A stretch of DNA of 64,000 bases from Cetorhinus maximus. Lineage: Eukaryota. Where the stretch lies: assembly GCF_964194155.1 (NCBI RefSeq), contig NC_135916.1, positions 930,001 to 994,000 on the forward strand, given 5' to 3'. Below the pieces are notes generated by a model. That model saw only the letters and a list, made by a program, of their open reading frames with translations, was not told the origin of the DNA and made no database searches. The position numbers and the translations under genes are program-made. This document shows positions 1 to 11,665 of the stretch, piece by piece (the first letter of the stretch is position 1; every line of letters begins with the position of its first letter).

Positions 1-19
1 CAACGGGAAATGCATCAAT

Positions 20-60
20 GGCCCTTTTAAGGGCCACTTAATCAGCCAACGAAAGAGCTG
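20..60 (+). terminator. Histone 3' processing signal (stem-loop + HDE) of a histone gene upstream of the window
   Basis: GGCCCT-TTTA-AGGGCC 16-nt hairpin at 20-35, followed by the purine-rich U7-binding element GAAAGAGCTG at 51-60. Confidence 0.9.
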
Positions 61-217
61 TGATCTCCTAGAGTCCCGCACATAAAACATTCCATAATTG
101 CACCAGCTGCTTACTTCCTGCTCAATTCTCACTCCTTGAAGGAGAAATAAAGTATCCTCCGATGGGAATCAGTAATTTGGAGGCGGCGATGTTTGTTTTA
201 TTATTCATTTATAGTTT

Positions 218-3200
218 TTTAAAAAATTCATTCACGGAATGTGGGCGTCGCTGGCTGGGCCCAGCATCTATTTCCCATCCCTAGTTGCCCCTTGAGAAGG
301 TGGTGGTGAGTTGCCATCTTGAACCGCTGCAGTCCCTGTGGTGTAGGCACACCCACAGTGCTGTTAGGGAGGGAGTTCCAGGATTTTGTCCCTGTGGTGT
401 AGGTACACCCACAGTGCTCTAAGGGTGGGAGTTCCAGGATTTTGTCCCTTGGGGAAGGTAAACCCACAGTGCTGTTAGGGAGGGAGTTCCAGGAATTTGT
501 CCCTGTGGTGTGGTGTACCCACGGCGCTGTTAGGGAGGGAGTTCCAGGATTGTGTCCGTGTGGTGTAGGTACACCCACAGTGCTGTTAGGGAGGGAGTTC
601 CAGGATTGTGTCCCTGTGGTGTAGGTACACCCACAGTGCTGTTAGGGAGGGAGTTCCAGGATTTTGTCCCTGTGGTGTGGTATACCCACGGCGCTGTTAG
701 GGATGGAGTTCCAGGATTTTGTCCTTGTGGTGTAGGTACACCCACAGTGCTGTTAGGGAGGGAGTTCCAGGAATCTGTCCCTCTGGTGAAGGAACACCCA
801 CAGTGCTGTTAGGGAGGGAGTTGCAGGATTTTGTCCCTGTGGTGTAGGTACACCCACAGTGCTGTTAGGGAGGGAGTTCCAGGATTTTGTCCCTGTGGTG
901 TAGGTACACCCACAGTGCTGTTAGGGTGGGAGTTACAGGATTTTGTCCCTGTGGTGTAGGTAGACCCACAGTGCTGTTAGGGAGGGAGTTCCACGATTTT
1001 GACCCTGTTGTGTAGGTACACCCACAGTGCTGTTAGGGAGGGAGTTCCAGAATTCTGTCCCTGTGGTGTAGGTACACCCACAGTGCAGTTAGGGCAGTAG
1101 TTCCAAGATTTTTTCTCTTTAGTGTAGGTACACCCACAGTGCTGTTAGGGAGGGAGTTCCAGGATATTATCCCTGTGGTGTACGTACACCCATAGTGCTT
1201 TTAGGGAGGGAGTTCCACGATATTGTCCCAGTGGTGTAGGTTCACCCACAGTGCTGTTAGGGAGGGAGTTCCATGATTTTGTCCGTGTGGTGTAGGTACA
1301 CCCACAGTGCTGTTAGGGAGGGAGTTCCAGGATTTTGTCCCTGTGGTGTAGGTACACCCACAGTGTTGTTAGGGGGGGGGATTTCCACGATTTTGAGCCT
1401 GCGGTGTCGGTACACCCACAGTGCTGTTAGGGAGGGAGTTCCACGATTTTGACCCCGTGGTGTAGGTACACCCACAGTGTTGTTAGGGAGGGCGTTCCAC
1501 CATTTTGTCCCTGTGTGTAGGTACACCAACAGTGCTGTTAGGGAGGGAGTTCTAGGATTTTGTCCCTGTGTGTAGGTACACCCACAGTGCTGTTAGGGAG
1601 GGATTTCCAGGATTTTGTTCGTGTGGTGTAGGTGCACTCACAGTGCTGTTAGGGAGGGAGTTCCAGGATTTTGTCCCTGTGGTGTAGGTACACCCACAGT
1701 GCAGTTAGGGAGGGATTTCCAGGATTTTGTTCGTGTGGTGTAGGTGCACTCACAGTGCTGTTAGGGAGGGAGAACCATGATTTTGACCCTGTGGTGTAGG
1801 TGCACCCACAGTGCTGTTAGGGAGCGAGTTCCAGGATATTGTCCCTCTGGTGTAGGTACAACCATAGCGCTGTTAGGGAGGGAGTTCCAGGATTTTGTCC
1901 TTGTGGTGTAGGTACACCCACAGTGCTGTTAGGGAGGGAGTTCCAGGATTTTGTCCCTGTGGTGTAGGTACACCCACAGTGCTGTTAGGGATGGAGTTCC
2001 AGGATTTTGTCCCTGTGGTGTAGGTACACCCACAGTGCTGTTAGGGATGGAGTTCCAGGATTTTGTCCCTGTGGTGTAGGTACACCCACAATGCTATTAG
2101 GGAGGGAGTTCCAGGATTTTGTCCCTGTGGTGTAGGTACACCCACAGTGCTGTTAGGGAGGCAGTTCCAGGATTTTGTCCCTGTCGTGTAGGTACACCCA
2201 CAGTGATGTTAGGGAGGGAGTTCCTGGATTTTGTCCCTGTGGTGTAGGTGCACCCACAGTGCTGTTAGGGAGCGAGTTCCAGGATTTTATCCCTGTGGTG
2301 TGCGTACACCCACAGTGCTGTTGGGGAGGTAGTTCCAGGATTTTTTCCCTTTGGTGTAGGTACACCCACGGCGCTGTTGAGGAGGGAGTTCCAGGATTTT
2401 GTCCCTGTGGTGTAGGTACACCCACAGTGCTGTTAGGGAGGGAGTTCCAGGATTTTGTCCCAGTGGTGTAGGTACACCCACAGTGCTATTAGGGATGGAA
2501 TTCTAGGATTTTGTCCCTGTGGTGTAGGTGCACCTACAGTGCTGTTAGGGAGGAAGTTCCAGGATTTTGATCCTGTGGAGTAGTTACACACTGTGCTGTT
2601 AGGGCGTGAGTTCCAAGATTTTGCTGTTAGGGACGGAGTTCCAGGATTTTATCCCGGGGTGTAGGAACACCCACATTGCTGTTAGGCAGGAGTTCTAGGA
2701 TTTTGTCCCTGTGGTGTAGGTACACCCACAGTGCTGTTAGGGAGGGTGTTCCAGGATTTTGTCCGTGTGCTTTAGGTGCACTCATAGTGCTGTCAGGGAG
2801 GGAGAACCAGGATTTTGACCCTGTGGTGTAGGTACACCCACAGTGCTGTTAGGGAGGGTGTTCCAGGATTTTGTCCGTGTGCTTTAGGTGCACTCATAGT
2901 GCTGTCAGGGAGGGAGAACCAGGATTTTGACCCTGTGGTGTAGGTACACCCACAGTGCTGTTAGGGAGGGAGATCCAGGATATTGTCCCTCTGGTGTACG
3001 TACACCCATAGTGCTTTTAGGGAGGGAGTTCCACGATATTGTCCCTCTGGTGTAGGTAGACCCACAGTGCAGTTAGGGCAGGAGTTCCAGGATTTTATCC
3101 CTCTGGTTTAGGTACATCCACAGTGCTGTTAGGGAGTGAGTTCCCGGATTTTGTCCCTCTAGTGTAGGTACATCCACAGTGATGTTAGGGTGCGAGTTCC

Positions 3201-4512
3201 AGGATTTGTCCCTGTGGTGTAGGTACACCCACAGTGCTGTTAGGGAGGGAGTTCCAGGATATTGTCCCTGTGGTGTACGTACACCCACAGTGCTGTTAGG
3301 GATGGAATTCCAGGATTTTGTCCCTGTGGTGTAGGTACACCCACAGTGCTGTTAGGGAGGGAGTTCCAGGATTTTGTCCCTGTGGTGTAGGTACACCCAC
3401 AGTGCTGTTAGGGAGGGAGTTCCAGGATTTTGTCCCTGTGGTGTAGGTACACCCACAGTGCTGTTAGGGAGGGAGCTCCAGGATTTTGTCCCTGTGGTGT
3501 AGGTACAACCACAGTGCTGTTAGGGAGAAAGTTCCAGGATTTTGTCCCTGTGGTGTAGGTACACCCACAGTGCTGTTAGGGAGAGAGTTCCAGGATTTTG
3601 TCCCTGTGGTGTAGGTACACCCACAGTGCTGTTAGGAATTGCGTTCCAGGAATTTGTCCGTGTGGTGTAGGTACACCCACAGTGCTGTTAGGGAGGGAGT
3701 TCCAAGATTTTGCTGTTAGTCACGGCAAGATTTTGTCACGGGGTGTAGGAACACCCACACTGCTGTTAGGCAGGAGTTCTAGGATTTTGTCCCTGTGGTG
3801 TAGGCACACCCACAGTGCTGTTAGAGAGGGAATTCCAGGATTTTGACCCTGTGGTGTAGGTACACCCAGAGTGCAGTTAGGGAGCGAGTACCAGGATATT
3901 GTCCCTCTGGTGTAGGTACAACCATAGTGCTGTTAGGGAGGGAGTTCTCGGATTTTGTCCCTGTGGCGTTACTATACCCACCGTGCTGTTAGGGAGGGAG
4001 TTCCAGGATTTTGTCCCTCTGGTGTATGTAGACCTACAGTGCAGTTAGGGAGGGAGTTCCAGGATTTTGTCCCTGTGGTGTAGGTACACCCACAGTGTTG
4101 TTAGTGAGGGTGTTCCAGGATTTTGTCCCTGTGGTGTAGGTACATCCACAGTGCTGTTAGGGAGGGAGTTCCAGGATTTTGTCCCTGTGGTGTAGGTACA
4201 CCCACAGTGCTGCTAGGGAGGGAGTTCCAGGATTTTGTCCCTCTGGTGACGGTACACCCACAGTGCTGTTAGGGAGGGAGTTCCAGGATTTTGTCCGTGG
4301 TGTTGGTACACCCACAATGCTGTTAGGGAGGGATTTACAGGATTTTGTCCGTGTAGCGTAGGTACACCCACAGTGCTGTTAGGGAGGGACTTCCAGGATT
4401 TTGATCCTGTGACAGTGAAGGAACTGCCAATATATTTCCATGTCAGGATGGTGAGTGAATTGGAGGGGAACTTCCAGCTGTGGTGTTCCCATCTATCTGC
4501 TGCCCTTGCCCT
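218..4512 (-). mobile_element. 3' fragment of a CR1/L2-group LINE split by an internal tandem amplification
   Basis: On the minus strand, 4512->4404 reads ...LTILTWKYIGSSFTVTGSKSW and 331->218 reads LQRFKMATHHHLLKG plus a tail ending TGAATGAAT-A-rich. An unamplified relative is at ~50270-50525 (+). Confidence 0.8.
332..4403. repeat. 56-bp minisatellite, ~72-73 head-to-tail copies
   Basis: Unit GTCCCTGTGGTGTAGGTACACCCACAGTGCTGTTAGGGAGGGAGTTCCAGGATTTT. Period of 56 checked at 841 vs 897; no unique spacers. Confidence 0.97.
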
Positions 4513-4824
4513 TGTTGGCCAGGCCAACGATTATTTCCCGTCCCTCAAGTGCCCTTGAGAAGGTGGTGTTGAGCTGCCTTCTTCAACCGGCGAGTCATAT
4601 ATCTATTAGATCAGACACATCATTGGCTGCAGCTTATGATATGAACACTGGGATGTCCATAGAACGGTTCATGGTGCAGTTATTTTAAATGTCATATTCT
4701 AACGACAGTTGTAAGTAAATGCAATACATTTGGTGAGCGGCGGACATGAAATCTCTGGCTAAAAGTCACGCCGCTGAATGCAAAAACTCAAATCAATGCT
4801 GTTATTATCAAATTTATTATTAAG

Positions 4825-5038
4825 CCTGTGGAATTCGCTACCACAGAAAGTAGTTGAGGCCAAAACATTGTATGTTTTCAAGAAGGGGTTAGATATAGCT
4901 CTTGGGGCGAAAGGGACCAAAGGGTATGGGGAGAAAGCCGGAACAGGCTATTGAGTTGGATGATCAGCCATGATCATAATGAATGGCGGAGCTGGCTCGA
5001 AGGGCCGAATGGCCTACTCCTGCTGCTAGTTTCTATGT
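4825..5038 (+). mobile_element. CR1 (HER1-like) LINE 3' fragment
   Basis: CTGTGGAATTC (LWNS) followed by the tail GATCAGCCATGATC...GAAGGGCCGAATGGCCTACTCCTGCT; near-identical to 35420-35640. Confidence 0.88.
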
Positions 5039-5090
5039 GTAAAATAGCCCCTCTCAGATAATAAGTCACCCTTGCGCAGATAAAGCGAGT

Positions 5091-5106
5091 GGCTCTTAGA
5101 AGAACC
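5091..5106 (-). terminator. Orphan histone stem-loop with no associated CDS
   Basis: Minus strand reads AACACAAA-GGTTCT-TCTA-AGAGCC-AC; the stem is kept by a G-U pair; there is no histone ORF immediately upstream. Confidence 0.6.
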
Positions 5107-5878
5107 TTTGTGTTATCAGTTTAAAGAATGGTGAATTTCCGCCCAATTTTGCCCTCTTGGAAACGCTGGAGTGAGCAGACGAAAAATAAGCGCAGCAAAT
5201 TGTCAGGCGCCAAAGCGCTTTCTTTTCTGAAATTTGAAAAGCCCGCCAATATTTTTGTAAAACAATCAATCAAATATAGAATATCGCATCAGTAGGTAAC
5301 ACTTATCTTCCGACAAACGTGTTTTATATAGAAATATTACCTATTATTGACCATTTCGTCACAAGCTCCACATTCGCCTTCAAAATCGGATTCCTCTCTT
5401 TGTTCAGTTTGAAATAGGCTGAAATTCCCATTCGCAGCACCCGACAATTTTCTGAACATTTTTTTTTAAATTGCAACGATGACCCATCGCGGAGTTGTGG
5501 AGTGAATACCTATCCCTGCATGTCGAACCGAAGTGCAGATTTTCGTTATAAATTGTCGAAAATTGAGATTGGAGCACATGTTTTTACACAATAAGCTCGC
5601 TCACTATTTAAAGGAGGATAATAGACATGCAATGGGTGTGTAAAACATTTAGCAGGACGTATTGTCCAAATAATGTAAAGGAAAATGGCGGAGTGTTAAT
5701 TTTTTTTTAAATGACATTAATTGATAAGGCGTTAAAGAGTGAGAAGCAATTTTCGCATTAATCATCGAAACATACAAAAGTAACAAACCCCAAATGGAAA
5801 TAGAACAATGCACACGTTAATTAAGATTATTAAACGACCCCAGGCCCATGGCTTCGCCCTTTCAGTGAAGTTTTGGGT

Positions 5879-5894
5879 GGCTCTTATAAGAGCC
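5879..5894 (-). terminator. Histone stem-loop of H2B copy 1
   Basis: GGCTCT-TATA-AGAGCC then ACCCA, 41 nt after the stop codon; GAAAGGGCG HDE-like element downstream. Confidence 0.93.
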
Positions 5895-5935
5895 TTTGTG
5901 TTTGAGTTCTTTTGTATCAATGCATTGTGGCGTTT

Positions 5936-6313
5936 CTACTTGGAGCTGGTGTACTTGGTCACCGCCTTGGTGCCCTCCGACACGGCGTGTTTGGCCAGTT
6001 CCCCGGGCAGCAGCAGGCGCACGGCGGTCTGGATCTCCCGGGAGCTGATGGTCTGCCGCTTGTTGTAATGGGCCAGGCGGGAAGCCTCGCCCGCGATGCG
6101 CTCGAAGATGTCGTTGACGAAGGAGTTCATGATACTCATGGCCTTGGAGGAGATGCCGGTGTCCGGGTGGACCTGCTTCATCACCTTGTAGATGTAGATG
6201 GAGTAGCTCTCCTTCCTGGATCTCTTCCTCTTCTTGCCGCTCTTGGGTGGCGTCTTCTTGATGATCTTTTTGGACCCCTTCTTAGCTGCTCCTGATTTCT
6301 TCTCGTCCACCAT
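5936..6313 (-). CDS. H2B: Histone H2B (125 aa, divergent N-terminal tail)
   Basis: MVDEKK...[27 protein letters not shown]...[16 protein letters not shown]; ATG at 6313; TATA, octamer and CCAAT upstream. Confidence 0.98.
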   Translation of the reverse strand: MVDEKKSGAAKKGSKKIIKKTPPKSGKKRKRSRKESYSIYIYKVMKQVHPDTGISSKAMSIMNSFVNDIFERIAGEASRLAHYNKRQTISSREIQTAVRLLLPGELAKHAVSEGTKAVTKYTSSK

Positions 6314-6364
6314 TGCGCCGCTTAGCCTTAGACAAACAATTAGCAAACGCGCCCTTGGGAAGCT

Positions 6365-6432
6365 CCTTTTATAGACAACGCCTGACGCCTATGCTAATGA
6401 AGGATCGTTGAAGGTCTGTCTCCTGATTGGCT
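6365..6432 (-). promoter_or_regulatory. H2B promoter: TATA, octamer variant, CCAAT
   Basis: TATAAAA at 6367-6373, ATGCTAAT at 6391-6398, ATTGG at ~6426. Confidence 0.85.
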
Positions 6433-6472
6433 GATTAACGATTATGTCAATTTCTGATACACTGCATCTCTC

Positions 6473-6609
6473 AGCTGTGGCTCAGTTCATAGCAACCCTC
6501 GCCTTTGAGTCAGAGGGTTGTGGGTTTATGTCCCACTCCCGGAAAACCAAGAACTGTGATTGTACTCGAAAGAGTTGCAATCTGTGACTGTTGATAACTC
6601 GAAAGAATT
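6473..6609 (+). mobile_element. tRNA-headed short element with twin GAAA hairpins, copy 1
   Basis: AGCTGTGGCTCAG (A-box-like), GGTT(T)ATGTCC (B-box-like), then two ACTCGAAAGA(G/A)TT motifs. Confidence 0.8.
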
Positions 6610-6736
6610 TTGGTTCCTTTAAAGTTTTTCCTTGATTTTACAGCTGACCTGACTTAGGGGCTGTGCTTAATTTCTCCCTTGTTATTGTTAATTTAGTTAA
6701 TTGTTTTGACCCCAAAAGAGTTACACTGCATCTCTC

Positions 6737-6873
6737 AGCTGTGGCTCAGTCCATAGCACCCTCGCCTTTGAGTCAGAGGGTTGTGGGTTCATGTCCCACT
6801 CCCGGAAAACCAAGAACTGTGATTGTACTCGAAAGAGTTGCAATCTGTGACTGTTGATAACTCGAAAGAGTTT
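6737..6873 (+). mobile_element. tRNA-headed short element, copy 2
   Basis: Near-identical to copy 1; both copies are preceded by TACACTGCATCTCTC. Confidence 0.8.
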
Positions 6874-7189
6874 CTGGTTAGTGGTTGTCTCTGTACCTGT
6901 CAAATTCTGGCATATGATTGGCGGATTTAACCTTGTTAGTCTTTGGATTGTGTTTGATGATTTTCCTCTGCACTTTTCCTTAGCCGAATGTGACTGGGGT
7001 CTACATATAGCGTTTGTGTTAGCTTCTTGTATGAGTGTGGCTTTCAATATGTTCCCCTCAGCGCAGATGAGCCAGTGTGTATTTAAGTTCCCTGTTAGCT
7101 TTCGATACAAGAGAGAGTGTGTGTATTTAATGTGTACATAGCAGTTTCTGATTGGGAGAGATGGGTTTACGCTGCACCTGCACCTACCG

Positions 7190-8915
7190 ACATAGGTGGA
7201 TACAAATAAAATGGCCGCCTGCTTGATAGCTAGGTGGAGGTCTGTTGGAGAATGCAGGGAGATATCAATGGACTACTCCTTTGGGCAGGAAAGTGGCAAT
7301 AGGAATTGTTATGACACAACAGTTGTTAAAGGCTGTTTAAATCCCCGCGGGAATCTTGAACAACTGCCATAACCTATATTTTCAATGAGTATGTTTGCGA
7401 TGCAGCTCTGAATTCAGGAATAAGACCACCAAGCCTCAAAAGGTATTTGTATAAAACTAAATTAAACATTTAAAAAAAAAACAACAAATTGAACACATAC
7501 ACATGTCTACAAATTACTACCATAACAACTTTTAGACAAATCCCCGAATTAATCACTCCTAGGTAAATCTTCATCAAGGCAACAGTAACCCATGGGCTTT
7601 AAACAGACACCAAGAAAAGCACATTTGACCTGACGAATTCGAAATGAGGTAACTTTCAATTTGGTTCCTTGCAGACATAGTTGTGGGTTGGTAAGGCTGG
7701 TTAGATTTTGAATGCATCTGACCTACACACACAAACTCTTTTCTGTTGGTACCTAACTTCCCACTTGAATGTACATTTTCCATTGTATTACTAACTTTTT
7801 AAAAAATTGTATCTCTCCTAACAATAATCCTCTTAGTCCATCAATTTTATTAGTAATATAAACACATTGCTTGGCATCTCCCACCTAGGTGCAAGATTTT
7901 ACCCATTCTTTTGAATGGTTAATTCAACAAGTGCAAATTGCACTTTACCTTTTAACTTCTTTACTTTTATCTAATTCGCATCTCAAAATTACTATACAAC
8001 CAAACACCATGACTTTAATCCAAGTAAGCCACACACAGGCACACACGTAGGCAGAGCTACAATTCCAATTTAAAAATACATTCCATTAACATTATAGATG
8101 TCAATATCTCTTCATGACAGAATTCAGCCCAGGGAATTGTGAGGTGATGCATTTTGAGGGGATCAAGCAAGGCAAAGGAATACACAGTTCACAGGAGAAC
8201 ACTGGGAGGTGTAGAGGAATTGAGGGACAGTAGAGAGGATGCCCACTGGTTCCTGAAGGTAGCAGGACAGGTCGATAAAGGGTTTAAGAAGGCATATAGA
8301 ACCTGTTCCTTTATATGGCAAGGTATGAGTATAAACAGGGAGGTTAGGCTGGAACTTTATTAATCATGAGTGAGGCCACAACTTGAGTCCAATGTGCAGT
8401 TCTGGTCATCTCATTTCATAAAGGGTGTAATGTCATTGGAGAGGATACAGAGGAGATTTCGGAGGATGTTGCCAGGAACTGGAATAATGCGGTCACAATC
8501 AAAGATCAGATGTGTTGGGCTTGTTTTCCTATGGAACAGAGGAGGCTGAGGGAAGATTTGATTGAGATGTCTACAACGTTGTGAGGGGCCTGGATAGAAT
8601 GAAGGAGGAATGTCAATTTACGTTAGCGCAGAGGTCAGTTACTGTGGGTCATAGATTTAAAGGGAATAGTAGAAATATTAGAGAGGAGATGAATTTTTTT
8701 TTTCACCCGGAGGGTAGCAAGGCCTGGAACTCAACGCCTGAAAGGGTAGTAGAGGCAGAAACGCTCAATTCATTTAAACAGTGCCTGGATATGGAGCTCA
8801 AGTGCCATAACCCGCAGGGTTACGGAGCAAGTGATAGAAAGTGGGAATAGGTTGGATGGCTGGTGCAGACACAATGGGCCAAGAGGCTTCCATCTGTGCC
8901 ACAAAATTCCTATGC
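7190..8915 (+). mobile_element. Degraded CR1 LINE fragment interrupted by a solo LTR
   Basis: AAGTGGCA..GGAAT|TC..TGTGAGGTGATGCATTTTG continues across the insert; VQFWS and WNS motifs and the 3' tail are present. Confidence 0.8.
7307..8119 (-). mobile_element. Solo LTR (813 bp), probably Gypsy-type
   Basis: Ends TGTTATGA...TCATGACA (TG..CA, 7/8 inverted match); 4-bp TSD GAAT at 7303-7306 and 8120-8123; related partial LTR at ~33530-33793. Confidence 0.8.
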
Positions 8916-9639
8916 TTCTATGTGAATTTACTATTCGTCTGTATGTGTCAGTCTCTTGACTGTGAACGTGAGTTTTGCCCCACCCTCCGTGTCAATGCCT
9001 GATATGTGATTGTGAGGTTTACTCGGTATTTCAGTTGTCTGTGATTTTTCAAGGTTTAATTCATAACTGTCAGTCTGCCATATTGGTAGCCTTGTGTGCT
9101 CTGTGCCTATCAGTTTGTAACATGAGAGTGCGGGTTTCATGGTGTACCTGTGCTCCTATGCTTTATGGAAACCTGTGTTACTGCACCAGTCAAAAAGAGG
9201 ATTTTAATTTTCTGTCAATATATGCCCCAAAGGTGGTTGTCCCTCTGTATCTATCAGCATCTAGCTTATGTTTTCTTGGAGGCTAAGGTGGTGTAATTTG
9301 GATTACCCCACAACTGTCAGTTTTGGTTATTGGAATTCATCCGCCATTATTAATTGAATCAATCTGATTATGTAAGCTGAAACTATCATTTACAGTATGC
9401 GTTGAATGTTCTTGTTTGTTTCATCATTTCTCTGTGAAGATTTCAGTTACGGGCATGTGGATGTGGTTTTCGCTCTATACCTATCACTCTTTGGGATGTT
9501 GGTGTGTGTGTTTGCCCTGTGCATGTCTGCCCTGTGCGTGTCACTGTCTGCTTTCGAGATATGTCAATTATCCTGTACCTGTTGCTGTTTAGTAAGTGAA
9601 TGTAGGGCTTAGGTCGCACCTGCGAATCTCGAGGAGAGA

Positions 9640-10070
9640 TTGGGTCGACTAGGCCTGTATTCACTGGAGTTTAGAAGAATGAGAGGGGATCTCAGTGAAA
9701 AGTATATAATTCTGATGGGACTGGACATGCTGGCTGCAGGGGTGATGTTTCCTCTGGCTGGGTGGTTGCGAACAAAGGGTTACAGTGTCAGGATATGTGG
9801 TAGGCCATTTTGAACTGAAATGAGGAGAGGTTTCTTAGCTCTGAGGGTGGTGAACCTTTGGAACTGTCTACCACACAAGTCTGTGAAGGCCAAGTCACCG
9901 ACTATACTTAAGAAGGAAATAGATAGATTTAAAGACACAAAATGAGTCAAGAGGTGTGGGGAGAGCGCGGGACTTTGGTGTTGAGATAAAGGATCAGCCA
10001 TGGTCATACTGTATGGTGGAGCAGGCTTGAAGGGCCGAGTGGCCTACTCCGGCTCTGATTTTCTATGTTA
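9640..10070 (+). mobile_element. CR1 LINE 3' fragment
   Basis: AGAAGAATGAGAGGGGATCTC (RRMRGDL), TGGAAC and the GAAGGGCCGAGTGGCCTACTCC tail. Confidence 0.85.
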
Positions 10071-10215
10071 CTCCATGCCTACCTGTCTGTGCCATGATCC
10101 TAAATTTAATTATTCTCTGCCAGTATCTGTATTAAATGTTTTATCCTATACCTGCCAGTTTGCTATTTAAGGGTTAGATTTCATCAGTCCTTACAGTTCC
10201 TAGTCTGGATGTACA

Positions 10216-11101
10216 TGTCATAGGGTTTTACAGCACAGAAACAGGCCCTTCAGCCCATCGTGTTTATGCTGGACATCAAGCAACTATCTATCCCAATCCC
10301 ATTTTCCAGCACTTGGCCCTTAGCCCTGTATGCTATGGCGTTTCAAGTGCTCATCTAAATACGTTTTAATTGTTGTGAGGGTTCCTGCCTCTACCACCCC
10401 CTCAGGCAGTGTGTTCTAGATTCCAACCACCCTCTGGGTGATTTTTCTTATCCCTCAAATCCCCTCTAAATCTCCTGCCCCTCACGTTAAATCTTTGTCA
10501 CCTGGTTATTGACACCCCTGCTCAGGAGGAGACGTTCTTCCTATCTACTCCCCACGTAATTTTGCATACCTCTATCAGGGACCCCTCGGCCTTCTCTGCT
10601 CTAAGGAAAACAACCCGAGCCTCTCTTCATAGCTGAAATGCTCCAGCCCAGGCAACACCCTGGTAAATCTCCTCTGCACTCTCTCCAGTGCAATCACATC
10701 CTTCCTATAATGTGGCGACCAGAACTGCACACAGTACCCCAGCTGTGGCCTCATCAAATGATTTATACAGCTCCAACATAACCTCCCTGCTCTTATATGC
10801 TATTCCTCAACTAGTAAAGGCAAGCATCCCAAATGCCTTCTCAAACACCTTATCTACCTGTACTGCTGCCTTCAGGGATCTATGGACATGTGTACCAAGG
10901 TCCCTCTGATCCTCTGTACTTTCTAGGGTCCTGCCATTCATTGTGTATTCCCTTCCTCCCAAAACACATCGCCTCACAGTCCTCAGGATTAAACTCTATT
11001 TACCATTGCTCAACCCATTTTACCAGCCCATCTATATCGCTTTGTAATCTAAGGCTTTCCTCCTCACTATTTACCACCCCACCAAATTCTGTGTCATCTG
11101 C
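10216..11101 (-). mobile_element. CR1 LINE 3' fragment (RT C-terminus)
   Basis: Minus-strand ADDTEFGGVVNSEEE and [31 protein letters not shown]. Confidence 0.9.
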
Positions 11102-11158
11102 GTGTGTTTCGGTGCGGGTGTGCGCGTCTGGGTGATTTTCCAGTTCCCTGTTCCAGAC

Positions 11159-11331
11159 TTTTTTTTTAAAGTGAAAAATAAACATTATTCATAAAATATC
11201 TGTAAGGTCATTACAAAACATTTCAAAATGGCCATCACAAAAAAAATAGTCAACGTTTCCACATAGATCATGAGGTGCTTCAGTACAATCAATGAACATT
11301 ACAGACATCTCAGCATGGTCATTACAGTCAG
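11159..11331 (-). mobile_element. Short Tx1-type 3' UTR/poly(A) insertion
   Basis: Poly(T) followed by the reverse complement of a tail resembling 31380-31450; flanked by the direct repeat GTTCCCTGTT(C/T)CAGAC at ~11143-11158 and ~11332-11347. Confidence 0.65.
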
Positions 11332-11665
11332 GTTCCCTGTTTCAGACATTGTCACAATCTCATTGTAACAAAGGATGCCGAAATCCGCCCACCTTCCGCT
11401 CTCTTTTACCTGCGGGAGGAATGGTGATTCGGGTGTCAAACCATCAGGTTTCAAACGACTCCTCCACGCCACCCCCACACCCCCACCATTGAATAAACAT
11501 TATTCATAAAATATCTGTAAGGTCATTACAAAACATTTCAAAATGGCCATCACAAAAAAAATAGTCAACGTTTCCACATAGATCATGAGGTGCTTCAGTA
11601 CAATCAATGAACATTACAGACATCTCAGCATGGTCATTACAGTCAGGTTCCCTGTTTCAGACATT

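Noticed and set aside
332-4403. CRISPR array (regular repeats with an internal hairpin)
   Set aside because: Units are head-to-tail with no unique spacers, there are no cas genes, the context is eukaryotic, and the unit derives from a LINE.
228-4560. Many short repetitive ORFs on both strands
   Set aside because: Artefacts of a 56-bp unit that shifts frame each copy; only LINE remnant peptide is encoded.
6314-6346. N-terminal extensions of H2B (also 22438-22449) and H2A (17961-18068) in the ORF track
   Set aside because: The H2B extensions start at non-ATG codons and the H2A extension starts within the promoter; homology begins at the downstream ATG.
6473-6545. Functional tRNA genes at the heads of the five short elements
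   Set aside because: No convincing acceptor or anticodon stems, degenerate A/B boxes, flanking TSDs and a fixed non-tRNA body indicate a SINE-like head.
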